From assembly GCA_044356215.1 (NCBI GenBank), contig JBIKWQ010000075.1, positions 1-16,806 of the forward strand: DNA of 16,806 nt. Direction: 5' to 3'. The notes under the pieces are model-generated. The model was not told where the DNA came from and did no database searches. It was given only the letters and a program-made list of their open reading frames with translations. Below, piece by piece: positions 7,958 through 16,806 of the stretch; positions within the stretch are counted from its first letter, which is position 1, and the number at the start of each line of letters is the position of its first letter. The translations under genes and the position numbers were made by a program. Source of the DNA: Bdellovibrionota bacterium (lineage in GTDB: Bacteria; Bdellovibrionota_C; UBA2361; OMII01).

Positions 7958-9104
7958 ATTTTCAGTGCCCAAAGCGCTATCAGCATTAGCTCTTATCGTT
8001 ACCGTTTCAGGGTGCGATACAGGATTACAAAATATGGGAGCCACCGAGTACGGTGTGAAATTCAGGCGCTTGCCGCCGATTATCGGTGGAGGTGTTGGCG
8101 GTCCAAATAGTGTCGCATCACCACTAGAGACTGTGGTCGTGTTACCGTGGGAGTCGATCTACCGCTTCGATACATCGCCGCAATACTTAAGTTGGGGCCG
8201 CGGGATGGCAGAGGGCGCTGGGCAGCTAGTGCAATCCGAGGATGTTCATACCCGCGCCAGAGATGGAAACGAGGCGGCGCTAAAGCTAACAGTGCGCTAC
8301 CGAGTGTCGCCAGAGCCAAGTAGCCTGGTTAAGCTTGTGCAAGAGGTCGCGCGTAACGACGAAGATGTTCGGGCGCTTGTGGTCTCTGCTGTTAGTTCAG
8401 AGATCCGTACCCAGATGAATAAGTTAAGAACAGCCGAGTTCCGTGACGACAAGAAGCGCAACGATACAGTTGATGAAGCTCTCAAAGCTACTCGCGCTAC
8501 ATTATCTCAATGGGGGATTGATGTAGAGGCGATCAACTTAAAGCAGTATCGCTTTGTGCGACTCCTTAAAGACGGCAGCGAGGATACAAGTTATCAGGAC
8601 CGTCTCCGTGATATCCAAGAGAAGGAACAGGATATCGAAGGAGAGCGTAGCCGAATAGAAACTGTGCGCGCCAAGAAGCGTACCGAGTACTCGCAAGCCG
8701 AAAGCACCTATAACGCGCGCGTATCCGAGGCTAAGGGGTATAAGGAGCAGTCAACCTACCAAGGTGATAGCTATTACGCAGCTAAGGCAAACGAGGCTAA
8801 AGCTATCACAGCCGAAGGAAACGCAGAGATTGAAGGGATGCGAAAACAGATCGCCGCTCTGTCGGGTAAAGGCGGCAAAGCGATGTTACGGCTAGAGGTG
8901 GCCAAGCAGCTAGCTCAAGCCGACCCTAAGTTTGTGGCGGTGGCCCAGGGATCTAATGGAGCTCTAGACCTATCAAAGACCGATACCAACGAGTTGATTC
9001 AACAGTTAGGCATCGTTGAAGGTCTTGCGGCCAGAGCAGCTTCAGCGCAGAATAGCGGCCGCAAGGAGCCCGAAACAAACGTGGCAGAAAAGGGTGCTAA
9101 TTGA
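7947..9104 (+). CDS. SPFH/band-7 protein 2, predicted lipoprotein
   Basis: ATG 7947 is preceded by GGAGG and overlaps the upstream stop. Lipobox VSG|C. SPFH motifs TEYGVKF, TRARDGNEAALKLTVRYRV and WGIDVEAINLK, plus an HflK-like tail (EAKGYKEQ...EAKAITAEGNAE). Confidence 0.85.
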   Translation: MRSKFSVPKALSALALIVTVSGCDTGLQNMGATEYGVKFRRLPPIIGGGVGGPNSVASPLETVVVLPWESIYRFDTSPQYLSWGRGMAEGAGQLVQSEDVHTRARDGNEAALKLTVRYRVSPEPSSLVKLVQEVARNDEDVRALVVSAVSSEIRTQMNKLRTAEFRDDKKRNDTVDEALKATRATLSQWGIDVEAINLKQYRFVRLLKDGSEDTSYQDRLRDIQEKEQDIEGERSRIETVRAKKRTEYSQAESTYNARVSEAKGYKEQSTYQGDSYYAAKANEAKAITAEGNAEIEGMRKQIAALSGKGGKAMLRLEVAKQLAQADPKFVAVAQGSNGALDLSKTDTNELIQQLGIVEGLAARAASAQNSGRKEPETNVAEKGAN

Positions 9105-9113
9105 GGCCGATAG

Positions 9114-10088
<975 letters not shown>

Positions 10089-10131
10089 TTCTTTAAATTA
10101 AGTAAGAAATCCTTTAGCGGAGTATTAAGTT

Positions 10132-11292
10132 ATGAATCTTCATGAATACCAAGCCAAGCAGGTGCTTAGAGAGTACGGTCTTCCTGTATTAGCTGGACAC
10201 ATCTGTTACACACCAGGAGAGGCCGAGGCCGCTGCTGACCTATTAGGTGGTGGAGTCTGCGTTGTTAAAGCGCAGGTTCACGCTGGTGGTCGTGGGAAAG
10301 CTGGTGGTGTAAAGGTAGCGAAGAACACATCCGATGCTAGAGCTCACGCTGAGAAGATCCTCGGGATGACTTTAGTAACTCCGCAGACCGGCGCGGCTGG
10401 AAAGCTTGTTCGCAAGGTGTACGTTGAAGCTGGATGCAACATCGCTAAGGAGTATTATTTAAGTCTCTTAGTGGATCGCGCTAAGCGCGGGATCGTTATC
10501 ATCGCCTCAACAGAGGGTGGCATGGAGATCGAAGAGGTGGCACACAAGACACCTGAGAAGATCCTTAACGTGATGATCGATCCAAAGGTGGGATTGCAAG
10601 CGTATCAGACCGGCAAGTTAGCTATCGATCTAGGTATTCCTCTAGAGGCTCGCAAACACTTTACTCAGGTAGTTAGTGGACTATACAAAGCTTTCGTTGG
10701 ATGTGACCTAGCGATGTTAGAGGTAAATCCGCTCGTTCTAACAAAGGAGAATACCTTTGTTGTATTAGACGCTAAGGTTGCTCTTGAGGATAACGCCTCA
10801 TTTAGACAGCCTAAGATTCGCGCCATGATGGATTACGATGAGCAGGATCCTCGTGATCTCCGCGCGCAGAAGTATGGCCTAAGCTACGTAGGATTAGATG
10901 GAAATATCGGCTGCCTCGTAAACGGAGCCGGCCTCGCTATGGCGACGATGGATATCATCAAGTCATTCGGCGGAGAGCCAGCTAACTTCCTCGATGTAGG
11001 TGGTGGAGCGACTAAAGAGAACGTTACTGAGGCTTTCAGAATCCTCCTATCGGATCCAAAAGTTAAGGGGATCTTGGTTAACATATTCGGTGGAATCATG
11101 AAGTGCGATGTAATCGCTACTGGTGTGATTGAGGCCGCGAAGGAAGTTGGCTTAAAGGTGCCACTAGTCGTTAGATTACAAGGAACCAACGTAGATCTCG
11201 GACGCAAGATGTTAGCCGAGTCAGGTTTGGCGATAACTCCAGCGGACACGATGGATGACGCGGCAAAGAAGATAGTCGCGTTAGCTAAGTAA
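10132..11292 (+). CDS. sucC: Succinyl-CoA synthetase beta subunit
   Basis: [43 protein letters not shown] and [10 protein letters not shown]. Confidence 0.98.
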   Translation: MNLHEYQAKQVLREYGLPVLAGHICYTPGEAEAAADLLGGGVCVVKAQVHAGGRGKAGGVKVAKNTSDARAHAEKILGMTLVTPQTGAAGKLVRKVYVEAGCNIAKEYYLSLLVDRAKRGIVIIASTEGGMEIEEVAHKTPEKILNVMIDPKVGLQAYQTGKLAIDLGIPLEARKHFTQVVSGLYKAFVGCDLAMLEVNPLVLTKENTFVVLDAKVALEDNASFRQPKIRAMMDYDEQDPRDLRAQKYGLSYVGLDGNIGCLVNGAGLAMATMDIIKSFGGEPANFLDVGGGATKENVTEAFRILLSDPKVKGILVNIFGGIMKCDVIATGVIEAAKEVGLKVPLVVRLQGTNVDLGRKMLAESGLAITPADTMDDAAKKIVALAK

Positions 11293-11329
11293 TCTTTATT
11301 GATCAATTTTAAAGAGCAAAGGTATCACC

Positions 11330-12202
11330 ATGAGCGTATTAGTAGATAAGAACACACGAGTAGTAACTCAAGGAATCACCGGAAAGACCGGCCAATTCCA
11401 TACCCGTATGTGCCGTGAGTACGGTACTCAGATGGTTGCTGGTGTGACACCAGGAAAGGGTGGCCAGGACTTCGAGGGTATTCCGCTTTATGACACAGTG
11501 CATGAGGCAAAGAAGCAGGCTGGCGCTAACGTATCGATCATTTACGTTCCACCTCCTTTCGCCGCTGACGCTATCATGGAGGCGGTCGACGCTGATCTAG
11601 ATCTAGTAATCTGTATCACCGAGGGTATCCCGGTTCTTGATATGCTTAAGGTCGCGACCTTTATGGAGGGCAAGCGCACAAGGCTTATCGGACCAAACTG
11701 CCCAGGAGTTATCACCCCAGGTCAGTGTAAGCTCGGAATTATGCCAGGACACATTCACAAGCCAGGAAGAATTGGTGTTGTTTCACGTAGCGGAACATTA
11801 ACCTACGAGGCGGTATTCCAGTTAACAGGGCTAGGTATGGGACAATCGACCTGTATCGGAATCGGCGGCGATCCTCTAAACGGAACAAACTTCATCGATT
11901 GCTTAAAGCTTTTTAAGGACGATGCTGATACAGACGCTATCGTAATGATCGGAGAGATCGGCGGAAGCGCAGAGGTTGAGGCCGCTAACTGGATTAAGGC
12001 TAACTTAAAGAAGCCAGTAGTCTCCTTCATCGCTGGAGCCACAGCCCCAGCAGGCCGCCGTATGGGTCACGCTGGAGCTATTATTAGCGGCGGCGATGAC
12101 ACAGCCGAGGCTAAATTCAAAGCACTCTCAGCCGCTGGAGTTCATATCGTAAGATCCCCACACGAGATCGGCGCTAAGATGCAAGAGGTGTTGGGTAAGT
12201 AG
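11330..12202 (+). CDS. sucD: Succinyl-CoA synthetase alpha subunit
   Basis: [24 protein letters not shown] and RMGHAGAI (phospho-His). Confidence 0.98.
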   Translation: MSVLVDKNTRVVTQGITGKTGQFHTRMCREYGTQMVAGVTPGKGGQDFEGIPLYDTVHEAKKQAGANVSIIYVPPPFAADAIMEAVDADLDLVICITEGIPVLDMLKVATFMEGKRTRLIGPNCPGVITPGQCKLGIMPGHIHKPGRIGVVSRSGTLTYEAVFQLTGLGMGQSTCIGIGGDPLNGTNFIDCLKLFKDDADTDAIVMIGEIGGSAEVEAANWIKANLKKPVVSFIAGATAPAGRRMGHAGAIISGGDDTAEAKFKALSAAGVHIVRSPHEIGAKMQEVLGK

Positions 12203-12214
12203 TGAGTGATGGGG

Positions 12215-12243
12215 CAGGCCTTAAGTGATGATGCCTGTTTTTT
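12215..12243 (+). terminator. Probable intrinsic terminator after sucD
   Basis: CAGGC...GCCTG stem followed directly by TTTTTT, 12 nt after the stop codon. Confidence 0.5.
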
Positions 12244-12432
12244 GTATAATCAACGAGACGAGCTAGGGGGAGAGCTCTTCTTTCCCCCTCTCGCTGCTCT
12301 CTTTGTTTTTTGCTGGTACTCGGCCTGATTTTTTTAACAAAGAGACCAACGAGATAAAAGAGAGGGGATTTATCAACTCATCTTTTGCCCTGGCAACTTT
12401 TTGTGCTCCCTCATCCTGTTAAACTGCGATCT

Positions 12433-13200
12433 TTATGCCCAGATCAACTGACTTAGTTGCTTAATAAGCAGCGCCAGTACAACGACTATCAGCACAATGC
12501 GCACGAAGCGCGCGCCCTTGGTTAGTGCTAGTTTCACACCAACAAGAGAGCCGGCGATATTAGCTAGCGCCATTACGACCCCTAAACTGTAATTCACATT
12601 TCCAGTCGGTATAAAATAAGCCAGCGCCGCGATGTTCGTTGATAGGTTCATCACCTTTGCCAACGTATTAGCGCGCATAAAATCAAAGCCTAGGAGCGTA
12701 ACTAACGCTACAAGCATAAAGCTCCCAGTTCCAGGGCCAAAGAAGCCGTCATAGAAACCAAGCACTCCGCCGATGCAGCCGGCAACTATACGTTCCTTGC
12801 TTGGTTTGAGTTTGGGCGCGTGGGTATTACCTAGAGATGGCTTAAAAACCGTGTAAGCCAGCACGATAAACAGGGCCACTATCACAACCGGCCTGATAAG
12901 AGCGGGATCAAGAAGCGATACCGAGCGGGCTCCTAGGAACGAGAAGATAAAAGCCATACCACCGGCGGTGACAACGGTCTTAATCGGTAAAGTTTGAGCG
13001 CGATAGAATCGAGTGGCCGCGACCGCTGTTCCAAACGCGCTGGCGAATTTGTTTGTTCCAAAGATAAGCGCGATAGGAGCGTTTGGAAACGCGACTAAGA
13101 GCGCTGGAAGTTGAATCAAACCTCCGCCACCACTGACAGAGTCAACCAAGCCAGCCAGGAAAGCGAATAGAGCGAGAAAGAGGTAGGGGATATCGTTCAT
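12433..13200 (-). CDS. TSUP family (TauE/SafE, YfcA-like) sulfur-compound exporter
   Basis: AGLVDSVSGGGGLIQLPAL, GTNK and GFYDGFFGPGTGSF, with multiple TM helices. Confidence 0.93.
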   Translation of the reverse strand: MNDIPYLFLALFAFLAGLVDSVSGGGGLIQLPALLVAFPNAPIALIFGTNKFASAFGTAVAATRFYRAQTLPIKTVVTAGGMAFIFSFLGARSVSLLDPALIRPVVIVALFIVLAYTVFKPSLGNTHAPKLKPSKERIVAGCIGGVLGFYDGFFGPGTGSFMLVALVTLLGFDFMRANTLAKVMNLSTNIAALAYFIPTGNVNYSLGVVMALANIAGSLVGVKLALTKGARFVRIVLIVVVLALLIKQLSQLIWA

Positions 13201-13254
13201 AGGAATAATTCGTTTTTACTGTAGCATTGGGGGCAGACAAAACAAGCTCACCAG

Positions 13255-13417
13255 CAGGGCGCCGCAGTGTTTTTGGGAAACTGATGGGATAATTAGCAAA
13301 ATATTTTTTACCACAGAGGACGCAGAGGACACAGAGAAAACCCCTTAATTGCCCATAAAACGGCCGTTCTCTGTGTCCTCTGCGTCCTCTGTGGTGATAA
13401 AGAACTGCAACGCCCTA
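13255..13417. mobile_element. MITE-like non-autonomous element (ISAs1-like YAGGG ends)
   Basis: Left end CAGGGCGCCGCAGTGTTTT versus right end (reverse complement) TAGGGCGTTGCAGTTCTTT. Flanked by direct repeat GCTCACCAG at 13246-13254 and 13418-13426 (10 bp if the preceding A is counted). No transposase. Confidence 0.7.
13310..13395. repeat. Perfect 29-bp inverted repeat with 28-nt spacer; arms built of 9-nt units
   Basis: ACCACAGAGGACGCAGAGGACACAGAGAA (13310-13338) is the exact reverse complement of TTCTCTGTGTCCTCTGCGTCCTCTGTGGT (13367-13395). Confidence 0.95.
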
Positions 13418-13472
13418 GCTCACCAGAACTGCCACTACATATTAGCCGTTTCTTGTGATACATTCGGCATAG

Positions 13473-13520
13473 ATGAGCCACGTTAACCGGCCCAACCTAA
13501 TAATTGTCGCTGGCATATAA
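13473..13520 (+). pseudogene. Possible 5' remnant of a zeta-toxin-like/COG4185 P-loop ATPase gene
   Basis: Translates as MSHVNRPNLIIVAGI*. PNLIIVAG resembles the strand preceding Walker A (…AGPNGAGKS) in that family. The fragment is very short. Confidence 0.3.
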
Positions 13521-13532
13521 TCAAGGACTCTT

Positions 13533-13718
13533 ATGAAAAAAGGTACCATCGAGGATGTACGAAATCCCCATATAAGACTTCTCTGCGAATCTCTTCAGAA
13601 GCTCCCAGAATATCTTGAAGAGCGTCGCAAAAAGATCGAAGCGCGCCGTGAATTCTGTCGTTACGTTTTTGAGAAGGCATGTCGTGACTCAGGGCTGCTT
13701 GACCGGAATCTAGAGTAA
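13533..13718 (+). CDS. Small charged helical hypothetical protein (61 aa)
   Basis: ATG with AAGGA upstream, K/E/R-rich, ends 27 nt before the next gene. Confidence 0.55.
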   Translation: MKKGTIEDVRNPHIRLLCESLQKLPEYLEERRKKIEARREFCRYVFEKACRDSGLLDRNLE

Positions 13719-13745
13719 ACTCACAATTTAAGGATTATTAATCCC

Positions 13746-15401
13746 ATGACCAAAAGAGTTCTCATAGTAGGAGGAGTAGCCGGTGGAGCTAACGCCGCTA
13801 CACGTTTAAGAAGACTAGACGAGAAACTAGAGATAATTATCTTCGAGCGTGGTCCCTACGTGTCATTCGCGAATTGTGGACTCCCGTATCACGTAGGTGG
13901 AGAGATTGAGCGCCGCGAGAAGCTCTTGCAACACACCCCTGAATCTCTGCGCGCCCGCTTTAACGTTGATGTACGCGTTTTAAATCGGGTCGAGAAGATC
14001 GATCGTCAAACAAGTGAGCTAGAGATCCTCGATATCACAAACAACAAACTATACCGAGAGCGCTACGACTACCTAGTGCTATCACCTGGTGCGGCGCCAT
14101 TTAAGCCCCCAGTCCCAGGTCTTAATCTTCCCGGAGTTTTCTCTCTAAGAGATGTCCCCGATATGGACAAGATTATCGAGTGGGTAAAGACAAGAGGAAG
14201 TAAGTGTGCCGCGATAGCGGGAGGGGGATTTATCGGACTAGAGATGATGGAGCAGCTAAGTCATAAAGGCTTAGAGTGCGCGCTCTTTGAATCTAATCCA
14301 CAGATCCTTACACCCCTCGATTTAGAGATGGTCGCTCCTATCCAAGCTGAGATGCGCTCAAAAGGTGTAGCCCTGCACTTAAGCGATCCAGTAGCTGAGA
14401 TCCAATCCGCTGGAAGTGACGCGGCACTACGAGTCATTACCAAAAGTGGTAAGAGTATAGAGACCGACGTAGTTATTTGGTCGATCGGAGTAAAGCCAGA
14501 GACAAAGTTAGCAGTTGATGCTGGTCTTGAATTAGGCTCAACCGGAGCAGTAAAGGTCAATCAGCATCTGCAAACAAGCGATCCACAGATCTACGCGGTG
14601 GGTGACTGTATTGAAGTAACGCACGGCGCGATCGGCACGCCAGCTTTTATCCCGCTAGCTGGACCAGCGAATCGTCAGGGGCGGATCGCCGCTGATAATA
14701 TCTGCGGTATTCCATCGAAGTTTAAAGGTACTTACGGCACCGCGATCGTGCGGGTCTTCTCGCACACCGCGGCGTGCACCGGAGCAAACGAGAAGCTCTT
14801 AACTAAAAACGGCATCCCGTACAAAACCTTTCACCTTCATCCATCATCACACGCATCGTATTATCCAGGGGCAACACCCTTGGCGCTTAAGGTTCTTTAC
14901 CACGCGGATAGTGGTAAGCTTTTAGGAGCTCAGTGTGTTGGGCAGGATGGGGTTGATAAAAGGATTGATGTATTAGCCGTAGCGATGCAGGGCGGTTTAG
15001 CAGTAGAGGATCTAGTTGATCTTGAGCTCTGTTACGCGCCTCCTTTTGGCTCTGCTAAAGACCCAGTAAATCTGGCCGGGATGATAGGTGATAACATCCG
15101 CTCAGAGCGGGTAAAGACCGCGCAGTGGAGTGAGGTAGCTAACCTATCAAAGACGATGCAGCTTGTTGATGTGCGTGATGAGAGTGAGGTTCAGCGCGGA
15201 GCGATCCCCGGAGCGGTCCATATCCCGCTTAATCAGATCAGGTCACGGATGAGTGAGTTGCCGAAGGATCGTGAGCTATTAGTGTATTGCCAGTCGGGGC
15301 AGCGATCCTATAACGCCTGCAGGATCCTGATGCAGCATGGGTTTGCTTGCAGGAACCTTAGCGGGGCTTATAAGACTTGGAGCTTGGCTGGGGTGGGGTA
15401 G
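13746..15401 (+). CDS. CoA-disulfide/persulfide reductase with C-terminal rhodanese domain (CoADR-RHD / Npsr-like)
   Basis: GGVAGG FAD motif, redox-active SFANCG, GGGFIGLE NAD(P)H motif, IYAVGD, LCYAPPF and rhodanese VDVR...GAIPGA...YCQSGQRS. Confidence 0.93.
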   Translation: MTKRVLIVGGVAGGANAATRLRRLDEKLEIIIFERGPYVSFANCGLPYHVGGEIERREKLLQHTPESLRARFNVDVRVLNRVEKIDRQTSELEILDITNNKLYRERYDYLVLSPGAAPFKPPVPGLNLPGVFSLRDVPDMDKIIEWVKTRGSKCAAIAGGGFIGLEMMEQLSHKGLECALFESNPQILTPLDLEMVAPIQAEMRSKGVALHLSDPVAEIQSAGSDAALRVITKSGKSIETDVVIWSIGVKPETKLAVDAGLELGSTGAVKVNQHLQTSDPQIYAVGDCIEVTHGAIGTPAFIPLAGPANRQGRIAADNICGIPSKFKGTYGTAIVRVFSHTAACTGANEKLLTKNGIPYKTFHLHPSSHASYYPGATPLALKVLYHADSGKLLGAQCVGQDGVDKRIDVLAVAMQGGLAVEDLVDLELCYAPPFGSAKDPVNLAGMIGDNIRSERVKTAQWSEVANLSKTMQLVDVRDESEVQRGAIPGAVHIPLNQIRSRMSELPKDRELLVYCQSGQRSYNACRILMQHGFACRNLSGAYKTWSLAGVG

Positions 15402-15685
15402 TTGAATGTTGCTCTGACCATTACCTACATCCTGGGAGATAAGTCCTCACAGAGAGAGTTCAGGCAATAACTATTTAAAACCCTTTTGTGGCTCTCCTGA
15501 TCTCTTTCACTTTTTGTAACGAAATGAGCAATTCGTCAATCGTGACTAGCCCTTTCACAAGAAGACCAGCAATGACAGCGATGGGAACGAATAAGCTCCC
15601 TGGCAAGCCTGAGCTATCGACACACCTGTCGTCTCAACTGCCACTTGTGCGGAATAGTGAGGCTGTTGCCGGAGTGGGGAAGGTT

Positions 15686-16330
15686 CTACTTGCTTATATA
15701 CATATGGCCTGCCTGCCCTAAAGCCATGTCGACGTGGATCTCCTCTTCATAACAAACCCATTCATCATTCTTATTATTATTAGTAACTTCCTCGGTGCCC
15801 TTGAGGTAAATTTGCTGTTCGGCTGTCTGCTCTGATTGGCCTTTAGTATTTACCTCAGTTTCGCATGGAGTGAGTCTGTCCGCATCTAAGGATTTTGGAA
15901 CGTAGATCTTCATCGCTGTAAATATGGCAGCGATCTGTCTGTATACATCGTCGCCAAAATTGCATTCCACTATTTTTTTTAGGTGTTCACCGAAAAATAT
16001 GTCTCCTATGGCCCAGTGCGAATTATCTGGGTCTTTGTCTATCACCACATTCGCTACCGCCCTATCAAAGTGATAAATTGTAAGTAGACGTGAACGAGGT
16101 CCTAACTCTTTCAATTTAAAACTATCCGCGTCGCTCAGAGTTCGAAGGAAATTTGCATTATTAACCGTAGTACCTCCATGAAAAAGCGCATCTATCTCTG
16201 TGACGCCGCAAGCGTATCTCCATTTATCTTGAAAGCAAGAGACTGCTAGCTTTATCGGCTCAGGTGCGTCCTTAAGATCAACAAGAGAGCCACCTTTAGT
16301 TGATTGGAAATTACTTATTCCGCTGCCCAT
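15686..16330 (-). CDS. Orphan hypothetical protein (214 aa)
   Basis: Long ATG-started ORF in a visibly more AT-rich stretch. No family recognised. Confidence 0.55.
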   Translation of the reverse strand: MGSGISNFQSTKGGSLVDLKDAPEPIKLAVSCFQDKWRYACGVTEIDALFHGGTTVNNANFLRTLSDADSFKLKELGPRSRLLTIYHFDRAVANVVIDKDPDNSHWAIGDIFFGEHLKKIVECNFGDDVYRQIAAIFTAMKIYVPKSLDADRLTPCETEVNTKGQSEQTAEQQIYLKGTEEVTNNNKNDEWVCYEEEIHVDMALGQAGHMYISK

Positions 16331-16679
16331 ATTTCATAACCCCCACGTTAAGCCCCTTACCAACACTAACCACGCCATTCGGGAGCAAAGCACCCCTCGC
16401 GGAGAGTCAGAAATAACCGTCAGAAAAATGCTCCGGAATGATGAGAAGAAACACATCTCAGGCTCCCGTTTTTTCGGGCAGTAAGAGCGGTGCTCGGGTT
16501 TTAGAATCCCTCTCTCATCTTCCAGATCCCCCAAGCCTATTACTAGCTGCTTGTCTTTCTGCCGGAATTGGCACCATTTTTACATGGTTGCCGAGGCTTC
16601 AACGGGCCGGTCCCTCTGCCTCTCTGGATAAGAGTCACAGGGAAAGTATATGATCCGTTCTAGCTAGTCAAACTTCGGT

Positions 16680-16698
16680 TAGGGCGTCGCAGTTCTTT
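16680..16698 (+). repeat. Second copy of the MITE-like terminal repeat
   Basis: TAGGGCGTCGCAGTTCTTT matches the reverse complement of 13399-13417 (TAGGGCGTTGCAGTTCTTT) at 18 of 19 positions. Confidence 0.75.
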
Positions 16699-16806
16699 TT
16701 TTTAACCCCCTCAGGAAGTCGGCCATTTGGAGTATTTTTGCGGTCTTAGACGCGTTATTTGGGGCTATCTGACAGGTGGATAGGTGAATTTGGGGAGGAG
16801 AAAATA

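Noticed and set aside
6818..9104. Naming the SPFH pair hflK/hflC
   Set aside because: The SPFH fold is supported but orthology is not: one subunit has a lipoprotein signal and there is no hflX/ftsH context.
16570..16584. Sigma-54-like TGGCAC-N5-TTAC
   Set aside because: The invariant -12 GC is missing and there is no downstream plus-strand gene.
15488..16653. ORFs 15488..15721(+), 16334..16534(-), 16438..16653(+)
   Set aside because: Short, overlapping each other or the 214-aa ORF, with no convincing RBS or motif.

Overview
Bacterial chromosomal window, mostly housekeeping. Left to right: tRNA-Cys(GCA) on the minus strand, a 7Fe-type ferredoxin with a charged loop insertion, an MltD-like lytic transglycosylase with LysM domains, several hypotheticals and an alpha/beta hydrolase. 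Next comes a tightly coupled run: a CRISPR-independent Cas4-like PD-(D/E)XK nuclease split by two transmembrane helices, then two SPFH/band-7 proteins (one with a prepilin-like leader, one a lipoprotein), then mdh-sucC-sucD. The right part holds a TauE/SafE (TSUP) exporter divergent from a CoA-disulfide reductase-rhodanese. Between them lie a MITE-like element (TIRs, target duplication, internal 29-bp perfect inverted repeat) and a possible truncated ATPase gene remnant. The window ends with an orphan ORF and a second copy of the TIR. The best candidate for an undescribed system is the membrane-anchored Cas4 plus SPFH pair. All calls come from reading motifs by eye; no database searches were run.
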